Under the pieces are notes generated by a model. The model was not told the DNA's origin. It ran no database searches and was given only the letters and a program-made list of their open reading frames with translations. The position numbers were made by a program, and so were the translations under genes. Below, piece by piece: positions 57,968-64,000 of a stretch of 64,000 nucleotides of DNA. This DNA comes from Ructibacterium sp. (lineage in GTDB: Bacteria; Bacillota; Clostridia; Monoglobales; Monoglobaceae): NCBI GenBank assembly GCA_045539735.1, contig JAZQFW010000032.1, positions 11,827 through 75,826 of the forward strand. Reading direction: 5' to 3'. Each line of letters begins with the position of its first letter. Within the stretch, counting starts at the first letter, position 1.

Positions 57968-60666
57968 AGAGAATCTTAAGTTTTGTATTAAGTCTTGTTT
58001 TTATCATCGGAATTTTGCCCTGCCTTGGCGTAGCAGCAGAAGAAGAGGTAATGACCGCAACTGACCGCGTGATTGCCCAGATGAGAGATATCGGCATTAT
58101 GCAAGGGGATGAAAACGGTGAAATTGAGCCGGCGGCAACCCTCAGCCGTGCTGAGTTTGTAACCCTGATTGCCCGTATTATGGGAATTGAACATCACTAT
58201 GACAGTGCAGAAAACGACCTGTTTGTGGATGTTCCTCAGAACCATTGGGCAAAGAGTGCCATCTTAGCTTGTGCAAAAGCAGGTTATGTCATCGGTACTG
58301 ATGACGGCATCTTCTCTCCGGAGGATAACGTTTCTCTGGAGCAGGCGGTTAAAATTATGGTAAAAGTTCTGGGTTATGAGTTCATGGCACAGGAAAAGGG
58401 CGGCTATCCCGCAGGACACTTCTATGCGGCAAACCGTCTGGAACTTTTGGAAAACATTGATATGCCTCAGACCGACCCGGTCACTAAGGGTGATGCAGCA
58501 CATCTGTTCTTTAATGCACTGGAAGTTCCGCTGACGGAAGAGGTTGGTTACAGCGAGGGAAGCGTTTTGATGTCCAATCTGGCACAGCGCACCCTGCTTG
58601 CAGAATACCTTGGTCTTGCAAGAGCAGAGGGAAGACTGGATGCAATCTACGGTCTTTCTGTCATTGATGAAGAAATCAGCGAAGCCGGACAGATTATTGT
58701 AGATGGAAAACTCTATGCATATGAGGGTAAAGACCTACGCAACCTGGTCGGCAGAACCGTAGATTACTTCTATACCATTGGTGAAAACCAGTTAAAGAGC
58801 ACGGTCAAGAGTATCCTTCCCGCACAGGATGCGAATCAGGAACTCAAGATTATGACCGACGACCTGATTGATGTTAAAAATGGAATCATCATCTATGAGG
58901 ATGAAAACGAGAATCAAAAAGAAGTAGAAATTGACGCTACCATCAAGTATGTTTATAACTATGGACTTCTCCTTGACTATGACATCAAGGATCTAAAGAC
59001 CATTCAAAACGGTCAAGTGGTTCTGGTTAACAACGATGAAGACCATGGGTATGAGTTTGCGTTTATCTACGATTATGAAACCTATATCGTAGAGAGCAAG
59101 AGTGACAACATGATTCAGGGCAAGTTGAATGATTCTATCATTGATCTTACCAAGGATAAGAGAATTACCTTCCTGAACTATCATGACGGTAGAGAGGTTT
59201 CTTTAAACAAAATCAAACCGAACCACATTCTCTTTGTGATTGAAACAGATGAGATTTTGGAAATGCATATCAATGATACCAATGTCACCGGTACTTTAGA
59301 ATCCACCGGTAAGGATAGCATTACTGTAAATGGAACCAAGTATGATGTTGCAAAGAATGTGTTCCCTCAACTTAACCAGTTGGATTTAACAAATGTAAAA
59401 CTGGGTGAAACGGCTTCTATCTATCTGAATCCATATCATCAGGTTGCATATATGACCGCTGTTGGCGTTGGTGAACTGCAGGTTGGTTATATGATGAAAA
59501 CGGCAGAAACGGGCGGGGTATTCTCTTCCGGTATGCAGGCAAAAATCTTTACTGAAATGGGAGAAATCAAGACTTTCCCCTTTGCAAAAAATATTATGAT
59601 TAATGGTACATCCTATACAGTTAGCAAACATAAGGATGCGATTGAGAAATGTCTTGGTCTGCGTAGTGAAATTGCAAGTTGGGGAATTCAGCCGCAGTTG
59701 CTCAAGTATGGGCTCAATGAATCCGGTGAGATTTATGAACTTCTTCTCGCAAAAGAAACGCTTGCAGATGAAAACGAAGATGGATTTATGCTTATTTACG
59801 GTGCAGATACCTACGAAGCAGGAGTCATGAAACATGGACAGACTGTGAATCGATATAGTTCTACGCTATTTAACGCATCCGGCGACCCGATCTCTACTCT
59901 TAACACCAAAGCGGCAAATGTATTTGTTGTTCCTACCTGGAAAAAGACTGTGGATGGAGGGAAAGATCCGGTCGATGAAGAAAACGATTACCGGATTGTA
60001 ACCCCGGAGACTATGCCCAAGTCGGGGGATTATGGAACGCAAAATGCAAAGGTTTATCATAATTCAAAAGGGGATTCTGTTGCAAGTTATATGGTTATTC
60101 ATACTGATAATGCTTTGGGTGACGGAAATACTCAGGAATATCAACCATTGTATGTATTTGTGGGATTAACCAATGTGTGGGTAGACGGGGAAACAAAACC
60201 TGCCATGGAATACTTTAATGGTAGTGAGGTAGTTACCTCCATGATTTCGGATGATGCATGGCGTACCTCGGCAAGTGCATTTACCAAATTGAAAAAGGGC
60301 GATGCAATTCAGGTTGCATTTAACAAAATTGAAGAGGTTACAAAGACGAACCTGATTTATGACGGAACTACCATTAACAGAGCAGCACCAAGCAATCGTC
60401 TCTACTATGATGTTTCTCTGGGCTATGTGGTTCATTTGCAGGGGGATTATGTCCGTATCTCTCCGGATAAAAAGACAGTTAACAATGGCAATGAACTGCT
60501 TGCATGTTACCTGATGCCTGCTTCTGCAAGTAATATCATTATTGTGGAAAACAGAAACGGAAAGACTCTTGTTTCTAAGGGTACACAACAAGATATTATG
60601 GTTGGAAGCAAAGTGGTATACCGACGCAGATATGGCGATGTAACTACTTATATAATCTACAAGTAA
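57964..60666 (+). CDS. S-layer-type protein with N-terminal SLH domains
   Basis: Signal peptide; GIMQGDENG...LSRAEF, FVDVPQNHWA...; beta-rich C-terminal region; ATGA overlap with the upstream gene. Confidence 0.88.
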   Translation: MKRILSFVLSLVFIIGILPCLGVAAEEEVMTATDRVIAQMRDIGIMQGDENGEIEPAATLSRAEFVTLIARIMGIEHHYDSAENDLFVDVPQNHWAKSAILACAKAGYVIGTDDGIFSPEDNVSLEQAVKIMVKVLGYEFMAQEKGGYPAGHFYAANRLELLENIDMPQTDPVTKGDAAHLFFNALEVPLTEEVGYSEGSVLMSNLAQRTLLAEYLGLARAEGRLDAIYGLSVIDEEISEAGQIIVDGKLYAYEGKDLRNLVGRTVDYFYTIGENQLKSTVKSILPAQDANQELKIMTDDLIDVKNGIIIYEDENENQKEVEIDATIKYVYNYGLLLDYDIKDLKTIQNGQVVLVNNDEDHGYEFAFIYDYETYIVESKSDNMIQGKLNDSIIDLTKDKRITFLNYHDGREVSLNKIKPNHILFVIETDEILEMHINDTNVTGTLESTGKDSITVNGTKYDVAKNVFPQLNQLDLTNVKLGETASIYLNPYHQVAYMTAVGVGELQVGYMMKTAETGGVFSSGMQAKIFTEMGEIKTFPFAKNIMINGTSYTVSKHKDAIEKCLGLRSEIASWGIQPQLLKYGLNESGEIYELLLAKETLADENEDGFMLIYGADTYEAGVMKHGQTVNRYSSTLFNASGDPISTLNTKAANVFVVPTWKKTVDGGKDPVDEENDYRIVTPETMPKSGDYGTQNAKVYHNSKGDSVASYMVIHTDNALGDGNTQEYQPLYVFVGLTNVWVDGETKPAMEYFNGSEVVTSMISDDAWRTSASAFTKLKKGDAIQVAFNKIEEVTKTNLIYDGTTINRAAPSNRLYYDVSLGYVVHLQGDYVRISPDKKTVNNGNELLACYLMPASASNIIIVENRNGKTLVSKGTQQDIMVGSKVVYRRRYGDVTTYIIYK

Positions 60667-60672
60667 ATAATT

Positions 60673-60710
60673 TTACCCAAGAGCAAAAAGTTGCCCTTGG
60701 GTAACTTTTT
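60673..60710 (+). terminator. Intrinsic terminator closing the glycan locus
   Basis: TTACCCAAGAGCAA-aaag-TTGCCCTTGGGTAA followed by CTTTTT. Confidence 0.8.
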
Positions 60711-60714
60711 GCCC

Positions 60715-60743
60715 TTGACAACGGATTTGGTCTGTGATATGCT
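60715..60743 (+). promoter_or_regulatory. Sigma-A promoter of the SGNH gene
   Basis: TTGACA-17bp-TATGCT with TG extension. Confidence 0.75.
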
Positions 60744-60775
60744 TGGAGCAAACAAAGTGATGAGGAGTAATCAAA

Positions 60776-61573
60776 ATGGATATCAAACAATTTATGGCAA
60801 TTGAGGGGGAAAAGCCTCTTGATACTCTGGTAAATGACGGTGGATTTTGCAAAATATTCAGAACTATCGCCTGTATCGGAGACAGTCTTTCCTCCGGCGA
60901 ACTGGAATCTACCTGTCCGCAGGCAGGAAGTGGATATCATGACTTTTATGACTATTCTTGGGGTCAGTATATGGCACGGGAAGCCGGGATCAAAGTTTAC
61001 AACTTCTCCCGCGGAGGAATGACTGCAAAAGAGTATTGTACCACCTTTGCAGAGTTGAAAGGTCTATGGGATGAGGATAAACTCTGTCAGGCATATATTT
61101 TAGCATTGGGTGTCAATGATGTGATTAATCAGGGACAGGAACTTGGAAGTATTTCTGACATTAATCTAGAGAATAAATACGCAAATGCTCCCACTTTCGC
61201 AGGTTACTATGCTCAGATTATCCAAATCATGAAGACCAAACAACCAAAGGCAAAGTTTTTCCTTATGACTATGCCGAAAGACGCAAATGAAGAAAATAAC
61301 AAAAAGAAAGAGGCCCATGCCAAACTTCTTTATGAGATGGCTGACCTCTTTGATAACACCTATGTCATTGACCTTTTTCGCTATGCCCCTGTGTATGATG
61401 CGGAATTCAAGAAGTATTTCTTCATGGGCGGGCATATGAATCCGGCAGGATATGCGCTCACTGCCAAAATGGTGATGTCCTACATTGACTATCTGGTTCG
61501 GCATAATCCGGAGGAATTCAAGCAGGTTGGTTTCATTGGAAAGCCGTATTATAACCATAACGAACCATGGTAA
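60776..61573 (+). CDS. SGNH/GDSL family esterase
   Basis: IGDSLS, SRGG, LGVND, GGHMN. Confidence 0.88.
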   Translation: MDIKQFMAIEGEKPLDTLVNDGGFCKIFRTIACIGDSLSSGELESTCPQAGSGYHDFYDYSWGQYMAREAGIKVYNFSRGGMTAKEYCTTFAELKGLWDEDKLCQAYILALGVNDVINQGQELGSISDINLENKYANAPTFAGYYAQIIQIMKTKQPKAKFFLMTMPKDANEENNKKKEAHAKLLYEMADLFDNTYVIDLFRYAPVYDAEFKKYFFMGGHMNPAGYALTAKMVMSYIDYLVRHNPEEFKQVGFIGKPYYNHNEPW

Positions 61574-61693
61574 AAATGATACATATATTTGTAAAAAAGT
61601 CAAGAAAAATTCTTGACTTTTTTTATATTTTATGATAAGGTTCAGGTATACTTATGGTATATCATTTTGACCAACTTTTTAGGAGGATTTAAC

Positions 61694-63634
61694 ATGCTGA
61701 CGGACAGTTACAAAAAGATTGAAGAGGGATACGTTTCCCTTTCCGGCAGGTCCAGCGGGGTTAGCGGCGTTGCGGCGGATGTGATTGCATCCCTAACCGG
61801 CGGAGATGCTTTGGTTGAGTTTAAGCCGATTGATGAAACTGCGAAACAGTTGATTGCGGAGAAATTGGAAAGAGAATATGTAGCAAACGAAGAGGGATTT
61901 ATTATCTCTGTGGATGATACCGTCACTGTTTATGCAGACAGCGAAAGAGCCAAACTCTATGCGGCTTGTTCCATCAAGGATAAGTATGACGGTAAAATCA
62001 GCCGTGGTCTGTGGTGGAGTTATCCCATGTGTTCTCACCGTTCCATTCGTATTTTCTTGCCGCCTAAAAATGAAATTGATTACTTCTATCAACTGGTGGA
62101 TCAGATGGTACATTTGGGTTACAATAGCATGCTTTTGGAAATCTGCGGTGCTATGGAATTTAAGAGCCATCCGGAACTCAATCAGGCATGGCTGGACTAT
62201 TGTGCGTCTGTACATGAAACCTTGGATAAGTACAATCTGGTTGGCAGAGCCTACTACCGCACCAAAAACTCGGTACATACCTGCAATGCTGGCGGCGGTG
62301 TGTACACGCAGGACGAAATGCGGGAACTTGTAAAGTATTGTAAAGATAGATTTATTGATGTGGTACCCGAGGTCCCGTCTCTTTCCCACAGTGAATATAT
62401 TCTGGTTGCACATCCGGAACTGAAAGAATGCGATGATGAGCCCTTTGCGGCAACTGCGTGTCCTTCAAATCCGGAACTGAATAAACTGGTTTTTGACCTC
62501 TATGATGAAGTGATTGATGTCTTTAAGCCCAAGGGTCTGCATATTGGCCATGATGAATGGTGGGTAATGTGTGTTTGTGATAAATGTAAAGACAAGGATC
62601 CCAATGAACTCTATGTCAACAATGTTCTGGAATCCTATCACTACTTAAAGAACAAGGGAATTAAGACCTATATGTGGGCGGATAAACTGGTTCAGATTAC
62701 CGACAAAATCGGCGAATGCCACGGTGCAACCGGAAAAGACGTCTATGCAGTCCCCACCAAAAGAGATATCAAAACGGTAGAAATTATGGGCAAAGAATAT
62801 CCGCTCTATGACCGGTATTGGTTTGAGGCACCGGATTGGGTGAAGGAAGAAGGATTCCATCAGGTAATTCGGGATATGGATATTGCAGATATGATGCCGG
62901 CAGATATTATGTATGTCAACTGGTATTATGCCTGTGATCCTGCAATTCGTGCCAATGTCTTCCACCAACAGGGAAAGGATATGATTCTTGGTAACGCCGT
63001 TCCTGCAAATATTACCAACTATAAAATGAGATTTAAATACGGTGCACAGGGTTACAGCGTTTCCAGTTGGGCAGAAACCAGTGAAATTCACATGCAGAGT
63101 TGGGGGACTGTATTCCAGATGGGTTACGGCAGTGTGATTGCATGGGACCATGAACGTACCGAAATGATGCACGAGAAAAATACGATAGACACCATGCAAG
63201 GTCTATTCGACCTTCGTAATCGTGAGATTCTTGCAGGCCCGCACCTTGAGGTTACCCATAGTGTAGTGAAAGAGTGGAAAGAGGGAAGAAAATATTATTC
63301 CAGCATGGCCAATGTGGATAAAGACTTCCTGACCTTGGGTAACTATCATGTGACTTACCAAGACGGAAGAGAAGAAAACTTCCCTGTTATGTTTGCGGTC
63401 AACATCACCCACAAAGATGTCAGTCTGGAGCGTTGTGAAGGCTCCAGAAACTGGGATTATTCCATTGACCCTGACTACGCACGTGTTGCCTCCAGATGTA
63501 CGATGAAGAAAGAAGCAGACGGTGTTTGGTATACTACCGTTATGCCGCTCAGCGGTGAAGTTGCAACCTGTGAATATGTTCCCAAAGCAGGTTTTGAAGA
63601 CTATGTTGAAGTTAAGAACATCGAAGTAAAATAG
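61694..63634 (+). CDS. GH20 family hexosaminidase-like glycoside hydrolase, no signal peptide
   Basis: YTQDEMRELVKYC, VVPEVPSLSH, LHIGHDE, MWAD; ATG after AGGAGG (the track's TTG start at 61613 coincides with a -35 box). Confidence 0.85.
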   Translation: MLTDSYKKIEEGYVSLSGRSSGVSGVAADVIASLTGGDALVEFKPIDETAKQLIAEKLEREYVANEEGFIISVDDTVTVYADSERAKLYAACSIKDKYDGKISRGLWWSYPMCSHRSIRIFLPPKNEIDYFYQLVDQMVHLGYNSMLLEICGAMEFKSHPELNQAWLDYCASVHETLDKYNLVGRAYYRTKNSVHTCNAGGGVYTQDEMRELVKYCKDRFIDVVPEVPSLSHSEYILVAHPELKECDDEPFAATACPSNPELNKLVFDLYDEVIDVFKPKGLHIGHDEWWVMCVCDKCKDKDPNELYVNNVLESYHYLKNKGIKTYMWADKLVQITDKIGECHGATGKDVYAVPTKRDIKTVEIMGKEYPLYDRYWFEAPDWVKEEGFHQVIRDMDIADMMPADIMYVNWYYACDPAIRANVFHQQGKDMILGNAVPANITNYKMRFKYGAQGYSVSSWAETSEIHMQSWGTVFQMGYGSVIAWDHERTEMMHEKNTIDTMQGLFDLRNREILAGPHLEVTHSVVKEWKEGRKYYSSMANVDKDFLTLGNYHVTYQDGREENFPVMFAVNITHKDVSLERCEGSRNWDYSIDPDYARVASRCTMKKEADGVWYTTVMPLSGEVATCEYVPKAGFEDYVEVKNIEVK

Positions 63635-63670
63635 CATAAAAAAACTCCCCGAGGGGAGTTTTTTTATGCT
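63633..63670. terminator. Bidirectional terminator
   Basis: AGCATAAAAAAACTCCCC-ga-GGGGAGTTTTTTTATGCT perfect 18-bp inverted repeat. Confidence 0.9.
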
Positions 63671-63885
63671 TCCGCTTTTCCTGTCACCGAAAATCCAAGG
63701 TCATCTATGGTAGTTACCAAGGTATCGACATTCACTTTAGCAGAGTCATAGGAAATCACAGCGTTCTTCTCTTCCAGACTTACCTGAACAGTTTGAACAC
63801 CATCCAAAGCGGTAAGAGCATTGGTGACGGAGGAGGTGCAATGGTTGCACGCCATACCGTCAATTAATAGGGTAATGGTTTTCAT
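63664..63885 (-). CDS. copZ: Copper chaperone (HMA domain)
   Basis: GMACNHC motif, 73 aa. Confidence 0.93.
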   Translation of the reverse strand: MKTITLLIDGMACNHCTSSVTNALTALDGVQTVQVSLEEKNAVISYDSAKVNVDTLVTTIDDLGFSVTGKAEA

Positions 63886-63886
63886 G

Positions 63887-64000
63887 TTATTTGCTCCTTT
63901 CCGGATGGTATGCCCGTAAAAGAAGAGAGTTTGTCACTACAGATACCGAACTGAACGCCATGGCGGCACCGGCAAGAATAGGACTTAAGAACCCCAATGC
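63887..64000 (-). CDS. copA: Copper-translocating P1B ATPase, C-terminal fragment (truncated by window edge)
   Basis: Minus strand reads ALGFLSPILAGAAMAFSSVSVVTNSLLL...*. Confidence 0.88.
   Translation of the reverse strand, partial: ALGFLSPILAGAAMAFSSVSVVTNSLLLRAYHPERSK

Overview
Roughly 45% GC chromosomal DNA, probably from an anaerobic clostridial Firmicute (inferred from SLH proteins, sigma-A promoters and AGGAGG ribosome-binding sites). Positions 1-26.9 kb hold metabolic operons: methylaspartate glutamate fermentation (glmE end, mal), an AraC-linked GH10/sugar-acid cluster, a frameshifted SGNH hydrolase, an M20 peptidase, a Y-family polymerase with a YolD-like partner, MATE, LysR-tdh-kbl with a UPF0126 transporter, and a divergent amino-sugar cluster (DegT aminotransferase, Gfo/Idh/MocA, PIG-L deacetylase, PfkB kinase, GlcN6P-deaminase-like). 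Positions 27.0-60.7 kb form one co-directional Gram-positive glycan-utilisation locus. It encodes an XRE regulator fused to a degenerate sugar kinase, three heparinase II (PL21)-like lyases, an ABC importer, four non-catalytic secreted proteins sharing a 'VAxY...K[VA]FxW' domain (three of them built from constant and variable modules), and a coupled pair of SLH proteins. An SGNH esterase, a GH20 enzyme, copZ and the end of copA follow. The best candidate for an undescribed system is this cohesin/dockerin-free, SLH-anchored modular glycan-capture apparatus. All product calls come from motif recognition; no database search was run. No rRNA, tRNA, CRISPR array, transposase or reverse transcriptase was seen.
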